This document shows positions 1 through 7,450 of a DNA stretch of 9,281 nucleotides, piece by piece. The stretch lies in IMG/VR virus record IMGVR_UViG_3300029219_000180, one strand, 5' to 3'. Below the pieces are notes generated by a model that was not told the origin of the DNA, searched no databases, and saw only the letters and a program-made list of their open reading frames with translations. Numbering within the stretch: the first letter of the stretch is position 1; each line of letters begins with the position of its first letter. The translations under genes were made by a program, and so were the position numbers. This DNA is from a virus. Taxonomy: Duplodnaviria > Heunggongvirae > Uroviricota > Caudoviricetes.

Positions 1-196
1 AGGTATGCCTGAAAGCGTGCGTATTGCCTGAAAACACAACCCGCTACGGGGGAGACTTACCCGAAATCTGATTTATTCAACAAAGCCACCTTTATGCCAT
101 AACTGAAGTTTATGTCTGTTATGAGCGATGAGCGGAAGTTCACTACTTCATGACTAACATTGAAGTGTCCTAAGCAACGGGGAGCAGCTCAAGGAG

Positions 197-222
197 TGTG
201 TTAGTGCAATTACACTAACACA
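197..222. repeat. Perfect inverted repeat: 10-bp stem (tgtgttagtg / cactaacaca) with 6-nt loop
   Basis: Read directly: 197-206 tgtgttagtg, loop caatta 207-212, 213-222 cactaacaca. Lies 37 bp 3' of the stop of the minus-strand 488-aa gene. The flanking A-run is on the plus strand, so it does not look like a classical terminator for the minus-strand gene. Confidence 0.5.
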
Positions 223-258
223 GCTACTAAAAATAAAAATACCAAAACTACAGTTATT

Positions 259-1725
259 CTATGCGCCTGGATTGGGTTCGATCATACTCAGCGTTTTTGC
301 TATTTTCTTAATCTCATCATCATTATCCAAAAAAGAGGCGTCTTTTATTACCACAGTACGCTCTTCTTGTAATAGCTCACCTATTTTTTCTTCTATAAAA
401 TCTAATGTTGGCATTATAATCTGGATGTCTCGAGAAAAAGTAGTTTTTGCATCTTCTATACTGTTGAATCCATTATGTATATGAGTGAATATTCTCTTTT
501 TAAACTGTATGTCTTCTGGATTTCCCACTAACTGACTGAAATCTCCTTTCATAACTCTTTCGCTTGTTTCAAAGAGCTGTATTGCTATCGAGTCGATTAA
601 TTCCTTTTTGGACAGAGATGCTTGTTCATAAAATTTGGTGACTAACTCTGTTGGCAACTTTCTTGAGACGACTTTAATGGACAGTCTCTGAAATAGGTAA
701 GGTGCCACCACGCCCACACTGAAAGGGTGAATCCTCCCTGGATTTAATAATTTTATTGTGACGTTTTCAAAAACTAGCTCATTGATTTTACTATTTATGA
801 ATTCCATTAAATACTTATCTAATGATAATGTTACCGACGCAACCGCTTCTATCACTTGTTTAAATGGCTCGCCTTTCAAGGATTTAAAAAACTCTTTGTT
901 ATAACCAAAGAAATCCACAAAACCTAAATTTATTCGATTTTCTTCTTTAGTATTTGAAATGCGAATTTGAAGTTGTTTTAAGTCTTCATCGGTCAAGTAT
1001 TTTAAACCATAGTCATCAAGCGCGTTACGTATAACTTTATCTGCAGATTCTAAGTCGATTACAGTTTTTACATTAAAAAACAATGATAACAATGAATCAT
1101 ACTTATGAACTCGCAAGGTTAAATCTGTTGCATTTGATGCGGTTACATTTATCCGTCTCAAAAGATCAATAACTTTACTAATTGGTAGGCTGTTTTCAAA
1201 AATTTTGAATGACTCGTATTCAGATACAACATCTTTTATATACTTACTGATAGTATCAGACTTTATTTCCACCTCAACTTCGGTTGAGTAAGAATGAATT
1301 AGTGAGTTTGTAGTTTCAGCGATGTCATTTGATACATACAACTTATATTCGAAACAATCAGGAGCGGGAAGCAAACTATTATCAATAATGGAAAACAATA
1401 AAAATTTAATTATTTCTCTTAATGCTTGCGGTCTAGTTATTCTACCTTGCATTTTTTTACATTGTATTAAACCACTTACAACACCGTTATGGTATAGCAC
1501 GCAGTCGCGTCCTCTTTCAGAAACTCCTTGCATTAAAGATATTGAGGATATATTTTTATGCTTTCCATCTTCAATTTCGTTCTTTACTAACAAATAACAT
1601 AGCAACTCAAATTCTCGATCACCTAATTCTGAAAAGGGAAGCAATCCGATACCAGAATCTATAGTCCATGGTCTATATCCTGATTGAGCCTCGATATTAA
1701 TTTGTTCGTCACTGATTTTTTTCAC
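259..1725 (-). CDS. Hypothetical protein with N-terminal Mrr-cat / PD-(D/E)xK-like (DUF4297-like) nuclease motif and uncharacterised C-terminal ~380 aa; candidate defence effector
   Basis: 488-codon ORF, by far the longest in the AT-rich block (~30% GC in sampled lines). Start codon is GTG (plus-strand cac at 1723-1725) preceded by Shine-Dalgarno AAGGAGA with 5-nt spacing. N-terminal residues 38-108 show the pattern FELLCYLL ... GVSERGRD (D74) ... LIQCKK (Q88, K90) ... RPQALREI, which matches the D...(E/Q)xK arrangement of Mrr-type restriction endonuclease catalytic domains. Family assignment is from motif recognition only. Confidence 0.8.
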   Translation of the reverse strand: MKKISDEQINIEAQSGYRPWTIDSGIGLLPFSELGDREFELLCYLLVKNEIEDGKHKNISSISLMQGVSERGRDCVLYHNGVVSGLIQCKKMQGRITRPQALREIIKFLLFSIIDNSLLPAPDCFEYKLYVSNDIAETTNSLIHSYSTEVEVEIKSDTISKYIKDVVSEYESFKIFENSLPISKVIDLLRRINVTASNATDLTLRVHKYDSLLSLFFNVKTVIDLESADKVIRNALDDYGLKYLTDEDLKQLQIRISNTKEENRINLGFVDFFGYNKEFFKSLKGEPFKQVIEAVASVTLSLDKYLMEFINSKINELVFENVTIKLLNPGRIHPFSVGVVAPYLFQRLSIKVVSRKLPTELVTKFYEQASLSKKELIDSIAIQLFETSERVMKGDFSQLVGNPEDIQFKKRIFTHIHNGFNSIEDAKTTFSRDIQIIMPTLDFIEEKIGELLQEERTVVIKDASFLDNDDEIKKIAKTLSMIEPNPGA

Positions 1726-1730
1726 TTAAA

Positions 1731-1737
1731 TCTCCTT
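1731..1737 (-). promoter_or_regulatory. Shine-Dalgarno (AAGGAGA) for the GTG-initiated 488-aa CDS
   Basis: Plus strand tctcctt at 1731-1737 is AAGGAGA on the minus strand, 5 nt upstream of the GTG at 1725-1723. Confidence 0.6.
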
Positions 1738-2040
1738 CTAATCTTATTGACCTACTCCCTACATTGTAACAGGGGATGATGATAAGGTGTATCTTTCGAG
1801 CTATAAGCACGATAAATAAGTGATTAAAAATGACTCTTTAAACTATTTTAATTTAAAAAATTAATTGTTAGTTCTAATTATGGTATGAGGGCATTTTCGG
1901 CATAGTTCTAACCATATACTTTGGTAAAAATGACTGTTACGGAACAGACCATAGTAATGCCTGCTATTGGCACGGAGCGGGCTGCCTGAGCGCCGTGGGG
2001 TCTGCAAACGGTAAGCATACCGATAACTATACGCTTGGCC

Positions 2041-2460
2041 TTAGTAACTTTTGCTCCCCTCAATAAATCCGCCATCTTTTATCGGACTGCAATGTCCTTC
2101 TTCATCAATCAGTTGCTCGTCTTTCAGGTAGGTATATCGATAGATAATTGAGCCATTATCCATCTCACCATTGGTTCGTTTCATTAGGAGAGTAAAATGT
2201 AACGGGCTGTCCCTATATCGAGCTATTCCATGAATATTGGCAAGTACCTCATATTGACGCTCAGGTGATAACCCTTTAAATACATCGAGATATCCATGGA
2301 ATGTTCCATAGAGTGAAGAAGTGTAGATCAGTCGCTGCTCTGGACCAGTAACTTTAAGAGTAATTTGTTCACCCGTATTACAGGTTAGCTTGGCGGGAAA
2401 TGTCTCAGCCTGAGCAGAAGAAATAGTCAAGCTTAAAATTATCAGGTAGCAATATTTCAT
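2041..2460 (-). CDS. Small secreted/periplasmic hypothetical protein (139 aa) with Sec-type signal peptide
   Basis: The six-frame ORF is 2041-2562, but the internal Met at 2460 starts a canonical signal peptide MKYCYLIILSLTISSAQA|ETF (basic n-region, hydrophobic core, AQA cleavage motif). The upstream 34 codons have no such logic. No strong SD at either start. Function not recognised. Confidence 0.55.
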   Translation of the reverse strand: MKYCYLIILSLTISSAQAETFPAKLTCNTGEQITLKVTGPEQRLIYTSSLYGTFHGYLDVFKGLSPERQYEVLANIHGIARYRDSPLHFTLLMKRTNGEMDNGSIIYRYTYLKDEQLIDEEGHCSPIKDGGFIEGSKSY

Positions 2461-2740
2461 GTGATTAGAATGTCCAAAACTAACATGTATACTCGGGATT
2501 CTATAACTAGTTGGATGTAGACCCAAGATGTATTGGACTATTCTTCGGTTGTAGTTGGTCAAATCATATATTTTATGTCAGCAATGTCTACTTTTGGCAC
2601 ATAGCAGACCAGAGACACTGGCGTAAAGCCATGGAGGATCGGTGGGAGGAGGTAAAAATCCTCTCATGCAAAAAATACGCAAAATCGATAACAGTTGGAA
2701 ATCATTCAATACTCGCACTATCGGAAGTTCACCAGCCAGT

Positions 2741-2778
2741 CGTAGCACGTTCTTGCATATGACGTGGCTACGGGTTTC
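2741..2778. repeat. Copy A of imperfect hairpin-containing direct repeat (cgtagcacg-loop-cgtggctacg-ggtttc)
   Basis: 2751-2778 tcttgcatatgacgtggctacgggtttc aligns with 3775-3800 tcttgcatacgacgtgctacggtttc (25 identical positions, two 1-nt indels, one mismatch). The upstream agcacg is also shared. Internal inverted repeat cgtagcacg / cgtggctacg. Confidence 0.7.
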
Positions 2779-2868
2779 GAGACCGACCCGATCATCAAAC
2801 GAAACATAAAATTAGCTCACATTATGAGGAAAGGTATCTTTTTGCGCTATGTAAATTCAAAGGGTTAG

Positions 2869-3738
<870 letters not shown>

Positions 3739-3761
3739 GTCTTTAAGTGATAAGCATAAAC

Positions 3762-3800
3762 CGCAGCACGATCTTCTTGCATACGACGTGCTACGGTTTC
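3762..3800. repeat. Copy B of the hairpin-containing direct repeat; candidate bidirectional terminator between convergent GIY-YIG and pin genes
   Basis: cgcagcacg-atcttcttgcatacga-cgtgctacg followed by gtttc. Lies between the GIY-YIG stop (3736-3738) and the pin stop (3799-3801), overlapping the latter. Confidence 0.65.
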
Positions 3801-4353
3801 ATTTATCTCCGACCGGAAACTTCTTATACAGTGTCGATATACCAACATCATAGATGATCGCCACCTTCTGGCGAGGAACGCCTGATGCAATTAATCGCCC
3901 GGCCTGCGCCCATTGTTCTGGTGTAAGTTTGGGACGACGTCCACCAATTCGTCCCTGTGCGCGAGCAGCTTCCAGTCCAGCTTTTGTTCGTTCAACAATC
4001 AGTTCTCGTTCCATTTCAGCCAGGGCACCCATGACATGAAAAAAGAAACGGCCCATTGGGGTACTGGTATCAATACTGTCAGTCAGGCTTCGGAAATTCA
4101 CGCCACGCTGGCGCAACTCTTCTATCAGCGTAACAAGATGCCGCATACTGCGCCCTAACCTGTCCAGCTTCCAGACAACCAGAGTGTCACCTGCCGATAA
4201 TGTCCTGAGCAGTTTTTTCAGTCCGGGCCTTTCGGACTTCGTACCGCTTATCTTGTCTTCAAAAATCAGTTCACATCCTACACAGTTCAACGCATTACGT
4301 TGTAGATCGGTGTTCTGGTCATTTGTTGATACGCGTACATAGCCAATAAGCAT
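3799..4353 (-). CDS. pin: Pin/Gin/Hin-family DNA invertase (serine recombinase)
   Basis: Protein from the internal Met ([18 protein letters not shown]...) has the resolvase/invertase N-terminal catalytic motif (YVRVST, catalytic Ser) and a C-terminal HTH ([41 protein letters not shown]). It is near-identical in pattern to E. coli e14 PinE as recalled. The ORF track extends to 4389, but the conserved start is the ATG at 4353. Confidence 0.93.
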   Translation of the reverse strand: MLIGYVRVSTNDQNTDLQRNALNCVGCELIFEDKISGTKSERPGLKKLLRTLSAGDTLVVWKLDRLGRSMRHLVTLIEELRQRGVNFRSLTDSIDTSTPMGRFFFHVMGALAEMERELIVERTKAGLEAARAQGRIGGRRPKLTPEQWAQAGRLIASGVPRQKVAIIYDVGISTLYKKFPVGDK

Positions 4354-4379
4354 GGTGGATCTCCCTGACAAAAGCAGGA

Positions 4380-4754
4380 ATGATGCCATTTGCTCGTTAT
4401 TTCTGCATTTTCATAAACGTTGGTTTGGGAGAAGCGGCAAAACGGAATGTGGGAACAGGGGAAAATCAGATACCTGATATGTCATCATATGCATCAGGTT
4501 CAGGCTGGCGAAAAATGCCAGATGGTTCAATTGAACAGTGGGGACGAATTAGTTTTCCTGGTGAACACGGGCCTGTATCCGCCAATGTTTCATTCCCGAT
4601 TCCATTTACACAGACACCGGGCATTGTAATTGTGTGCGATGGTGGTTTCGGGGGCGGGAATATGTGGGGGGCGACCAACTGGAGCACTACCGGCTTCATA
4701 GCTCACTGCAATTATGGTCTTGAAGGTGGTGCGTTTTTCGCTAAGGGCTGGTAA
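4380..4754 (+). CDS. Tail-fibre protein C-terminal variable segment (gene fragment lacking the constant N-terminal part; probably not expressed as annotated)
   Basis: Contains the motif [14 protein letters not shown], typical of phage tail-fibre receptor-binding C-termini (recalled W-x-K-L-P-x-G-x-I-x-Q-W-G pattern), and a Gly-rich tip. The reading frame runs through the gix-like site, as for invertible tail-fibre segments. No upstream constant region in the window. Stop overlaps the next start (TAATG). Confidence 0.55.
   Translation: MMPFARYFCIFINVGLGEAAKRNVGTGENQIPDMSSYASGSGWRKMPDGSIEQWGRISFPGEHGPVSANVSFPIPFTQTPGIVIVCDGGFGGGNMWGATNWSTTGFIAHCNYGLEGGAFFAKGW
4408..4433. other. gix/hix-like 26-bp invertase crossover site
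   Basis: TTTTCATAAACGTTGGTTTGGGAGAA matches the recalled Hin/Gin site consensus TTnTCnnAAACCnnGGTTTnnGAnAA at every specified position but one (C to G at position 12). Located about 55 bp from the pin start and inside the 5' end of the tail-fibre segment reading frame, as in Mu/P1/e14 invertible segments. Confidence 0.6.
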
Positions 4755-5251
4755 TGATGAAATATCTGTACGTAAACAACCTGGCATATCCTTACGAACT
4801 TCAGTCTCTTTATGTTGAAAAAGGTGAATGGCCTGAAGAAAAAGGTGTTGATATAGACGAAGTAATTTTCAGGGAATATTTCTATGATACACCACCAGAA
4901 GGAAAATACAGATGTGTCGGAGAGGATGGACTGCCTGCATGGGCAGACATCCCCGCGCAACTGAAACGCCTTCTTCCTGACTATAAACGGATGGAAGAAA
5001 AAATAGACGCCGTAATCCGTGAGAAATACGGGTTACCCCCGGTTATGAGCACGCCCGTGAAATATGCCGATCTCATCATGCTGGCAACCGAACGCCGCGA
5101 TCTCGGGCTTGATGATGGCTCTTTCTGGCCTCTACTGGAAGGTATCCCAGCAACAGAGATGTTCAAAGTTATTCCACTGTCGCCAGGCCATGCCTACGGG
5201 ATGTTTATGGAACGTTTTAACGAGTTATCGGAGTTACGCAAATGCGCATGA
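4754..5251 (+). CDS. Hypothetical phage protein (positionally a tail-fibre assembly/chaperone candidate)
   Basis: 165-aa ORF translationally coupled to the tail-fibre segment (TAATG) with an AAGGG SD-like sequence upstream. Sequence does not show the conserved Tfa C-terminus I recall, so the function is by position only. Confidence 0.55.
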   Translation: MMKYLYVNNLAYPYELQSLYVEKGEWPEEKGVDIDEVIFREYFYDTPPEGKYRCVGEDGLPAWADIPAQLKRLLPDYKRMEEKIDAVIREKYGLPPVMSTPVKYADLIMLATERRDLGLDDGSFWPLLEGIPATEMFKVIPLSPGHAYGMFMERFNELSELRKCA

Positions 5252-5604
5252 ATGTTTTCGAAATGGAAGGGTTTCTTCGCGGGAAATGTGTACCGCGAGA
5301 TCTGAAAGTGAATGAAACGGATGCTGAATACCTGGTGCGTAAATTCGATGCGCTTGAAGCTAAATGTGCGGCACTGGAAAACAAAGTAATACCAGTGTCA
5401 ACTGAACTGCCACCAGCAAATGAAAGTGTTTTGTTATTCGATGCTAACGGAGAAGGCTGGCTAATTGGCTGGCGTTCTCTCTGGTACACCTGGGGACAAA
5501 AAGAAACCGGAGACTGGCAGTGGACATTTCAGGTCGGGGACCTTGAAAACGTCAATATCACTCACTGGGCAGTAATGCCAAAAGCACCGGAGGCTGGAGC
5601 ATAA
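5242..5604 (+). CDS. DUF551-like phage protein
   Basis: C-terminal region WYTWGQKETGDWQWTF...ITHWAVMPKAPE resembles the DUF551 signature (Trp-rich, ending ThW-x-P-x-P) found in enterobacterial prophage early regions. GGAG SD 8 nt upstream; overlaps the previous stop. Confidence 0.65.
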   Translation: MRMNVFEMEGFLRGKCVPRDLKVNETDAEYLVRKFDALEAKCAALENKVIPVSTELPPANESVLLFDANGEGWLIGWRSLWYTWGQKETGDWQWTFQVGDLENVNITHWAVMPKAPEAGA

Positions 5605-5909
5605 TGACCACTTTTACCGACAAAGAACTGATTAAAGAAATCAAAGAGCGTATCAGCAGCCTTGACGTGCGAGACGATATTGAGCGCCGTGCTTATGAAA
5701 TCGCACTCCTATCTCTGGAAGTAGAGCCAGATGAACGCGAATCCTATGAATTATTTATGGAAAAACGTTTCGGTGGCTTAGTAGATAGTCGGAGAGCAAA
5801 AAACGGCGATAACGAATACATGGCATGGGATATGACTCTCGGTTGGATCGTCTGGCAACAACGAGCTGGCATTCATTTTTCAACAATATCACAGCAAGAG
5901 GTGAAATAA
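5604..5909 (+). CDS. Hypothetical phage protein (101 aa)
   Basis: ORF with a TGGAG SD-like sequence upstream. Start overlaps the DUF551 stop (TAATG) and its stop overlaps the xis start (TAATG), so it is translationally coupled within the operon. Confidence 0.55.
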   Translation: MTTFTDKELIKEIKERISSLDVRDDIERRAYEIALLSLEVEPDERESYELFMEKRFGGLVDSRRAKNGDNEYMAWDMTLGWIVWQQRAGIHFSTISQQEVK

Positions 5910-6259
5910 TGGAACCATACAGCCTCACGCTAGATGAGGCCTGTCATTTTCTCAAGATATCCAGACCGACTGCCATTAACTGGATACGCACAGGGCGTCT
6001 GCAGGCAACACGCAAAGATCCCACTAAGAATAAATCTCCTTACCTCACAACACGACAAGCCTGCATTGCGGCGCTTCAGTCTCCGCTGCATACTGTCCAG
6101 GTGAGCGCGGGTGATGGCATAACAGAGGAAAGAAAATGTCACTCTTCCGCAGAGGTGAAATATGGTACGCCAGTTTCACATTGCCGAACGGTAAAAGATT
6201 TAAACAGTCTCTTGGAACAAAGGACAAAAGGCAGGCGACAGAACTCCATGACAAGCTAA
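5909..6259 (+). CDS. xis: Excisionase / AlpA-family DNA-binding protein (P22 Xis-like)
   Basis: From the ATG at 5909 (GAGGTGA SD upstream): [31 protein letters not shown]..., an HTH typical of excisionases, located immediately upstream of int. Its 3' end overlaps int by 124 nt in another frame. Confidence 0.75.
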   Translation: MEPYSLTLDEACHFLKISRPTAINWIRTGRLQATRKDPTKNKSPYLTTRQACIAALQSPLHTVQVSAGDGITEERKCHSSAEVKYGTPVSHCRTVKDLNSLLEQRTKGRRQNSMTS

Positions 6260-7299
6260 AGGCTGAAGCATGGCGGGTCAGCAAACTTGGTGAAATTCCT
6301 GATATAACGTTCGAGGAAGCGTGTGTCAGGTGGCTTGAAGAGAAAGCACATAAAAAATCACTGGACGATGACAAAAGCCGGATCGGATTCTGGCTTCAAC
6401 ATTTCGCAGGAATGCAACTAAGAGACATTACTGAATCAAAAATTTATTCAGCAATGCAGAAAATGACGAACCGGCGTCATGAGGAAAACTGGAAACTCAG
6501 GGCAGAAGCATGCAGAAAAAAAGGGAAACCTGTTCCAGAATACACGCCAAAACCAGCGTCCGTTGCAACGAAGGCTACGCATCTTTCATTTATAAAGGCC
6601 CTGCTAAGAGCCGCAGAGCGTGAATGGAAAATGCTGGATAAGGCACCAATTATTAAAGTGCCTCAACCAAAGAATAAACGGATCCGCTGGCTGGAGCCTC
6701 ATGAAGCACAAAGGCTGATTGATGAATGTCCGGAGCCATTAAAGTCTGTTGTTGAATTTGCACTTGCAACAGGCTTAAGACGCTCGAACATCATCAACCT
6801 TGAATGGCAACAAATAGACATGCAGCGCCGGGTGGCATGGATAAACCCGGAAGAGAGTAAATCAAACCGCGCAATTGGCGTTGCGCTGAATGATACTGCA
6901 TGTCGCGTATTGAAAAAACAAATCGGGAATCATCACCGTTGGGTATTTGTGTATAAGGAAAGCTGTACCAAACCAGACGGAACGAAAGCGCCAACAGTCA
7001 GGAAGATGCGGTATGACGCAAACATAGCCTGGAAAGCGGCGCTGAGACGAGCAGGTATTGATGATTTCAGATTTCACGACTTGAGACACACCTGGGCAAG
7101 TTGGCTGGTTCAAGCCGGAGTCCCGTTATCAGTGTTACAGGAAATGGGAGGCTGGGAGTCTATCGAAATGGTTCGTCGATATGCTCACCTCGCACCTAAT
7201 CACCTTACCGAACACGCACGGCAAATAGACTCGATTCTGAACCCATCGGTCCCAAATTTGTCCCAGTCAAGAAATAAGGAAGGTACTAATGATGTGTAA
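6136..7299 (+). CDS. int: Tyrosine-type phage integrase (P22-like)
   Basis: N-terminus [34 protein letters not shown] is typical of P22-family integrases. Catalytic residues present: [14 protein letters not shown] (Arg), [10 protein letters not shown] (H-x-x-R), MVRRYAHL (Tyr). GAGGAAAG SD upstream. A tRNA-Thr att core follows directly. Confidence 0.93.
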   Translation: MSLFRRGEIWYASFTLPNGKRFKQSLGTKDKRQATELHDKLKAEAWRVSKLGEIPDITFEEACVRWLEEKAHKKSLDDDKSRIGFWLQHFAGMQLRDITESKIYSAMQKMTNRRHEENWKLRAEACRKKGKPVPEYTPKPASVATKATHLSFIKALLRAAEREWKMLDKAPIIKVPQPKNKRIRWLEPHEAQRLIDECPEPLKSVVEFALATGLRRSNIINLEWQQIDMQRRVAWINPEESKSNRAIGVALNDTACRVLKKQIGNHHRWVFVYKESCTKPDGTKAPTVRKMRYDANIAWKAALRRAGIDDFRFHDLRHTWASWLVQAGVPLSVLQEMGGWESIEMVRRYAHLAPNHLTEHARQIDSILNPSVPNLSQSRNKEGTNDV

Positions 7300-7313
7300 C
7301 TTATTGATTTAAA

Positions 7314-7362
7314 TGGTGCCGATAATAGGAGTCGAACCTACGACCTTCGCATTACGAATGCG
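7314..7362 (-). other. Attachment-site core: 3'-terminal 49 nt of tRNA-Thr(CGU) (partial tRNA, not a functional gene)
   Basis: Reverse complement reads CGCATTCGTAATGCGAAGGTCGTAGGTTCGACTCCTATTATCGGCACCA: anticodon loop with CGT, T-arm GGTTCGACTCC and acceptor 3' strand with CCA. The flanking sequence at 7363-7390 does not encode the D-arm or 5' acceptor strand, so the tRNA is incomplete. Confidence 0.8.
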
Positions 7363-7450
7363 TAAATTGATCTTGTAAAATCAATACCTATCGAATTTAA
7401 ATGGATTTTTTGCCACAATATTGCCACAGTTCGTTAGGAATCAGACAGAA

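Larger units (their letters stand above)
3799..7362. mobile_element. Cryptic prophage remnant (e14/P22-like mosaic): pin, orphan tail-fibre segment, early-type genes, xis, int, att core
   Basis: Gene content and order: serine invertase, gix-like site, tail-fibre C-terminal segment, DUF551 and small phage proteins, excisionase, tyrosine integrase, tRNA-Thr 3' fragment. No structural, lysis or replication genes, so it is a remnant. The left boundary is uncertain and may include the cargo genes further left. Confidence 0.7.

Noticed and set aside
272-1597. Plus-strand ORFs (70 aa and 91 aa) antisense to the 488-aa gene
   Set aside because: Embedded antisense to a long ORF with a strong RBS; low-complexity translations typical of AT-rich antisense frames.
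259-1725. Assigning the 488-aa protein to a named system (CBASS Cap4, Lamassu LmuA, DUF4297-HerA)
   Set aside because: No CD-NTase, SMC-like ATPase or HerA gene is adjacent on the same strand within the window. The architecture is similar, but the system identity cannot be supported.
1960-2005. GC-rich imperfect palindrome (cacgg...ccgtg) downstream of the secreted-protein gene as a terminator
   Set aside because: Stem is irregular and not followed by a T-run on either strand; insufficient to call.
2041-2562. Longer 173-aa version of the secreted protein starting at 2562
   Set aside because: The first 34 residues precede a textbook signal peptide that begins at the internal Met; an N-terminal extension would bury the signal peptide.
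2511-2762. 83-aa plus-strand ORF in the intergenic region upstream of the GIY-YIG gene
   Set aside because: No SD, overlaps the extended frame of the secreted-protein gene and runs through direct-repeat copy A; more likely a regulatory or repeat region than coding.
3854-4158. Plus-strand ORFs (61 aa and 81 aa) inside pin
   Set aside because: Antisense shadow ORFs within a well-supported, high-GC invertase gene; no SD and no recognisable features.
4420-4960. Several 65-82 aa ORFs on both strands overlapping the tail-fibre segment and the following gene
   Set aside because: They overlap better-supported coding frames, and high GC inflates random ORF length; no start context.
7314-7362. Possible complete tRNA-Thr gene
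   Set aside because: Only the 3' 49 nt (anticodon loop to CCA) are present. The adjacent sequence at 7363-7390 does not encode the D-arm or 5' acceptor strand, so it is an att core fragment, not a functional tRNA.
7421-7450. Upstream extension of the second recombinase (TTG at 7421)
   Set aside because: The ORF-track start is a TTG without an SD; the ATG at 7451 gives the conserved MATIRKRG N-terminus.
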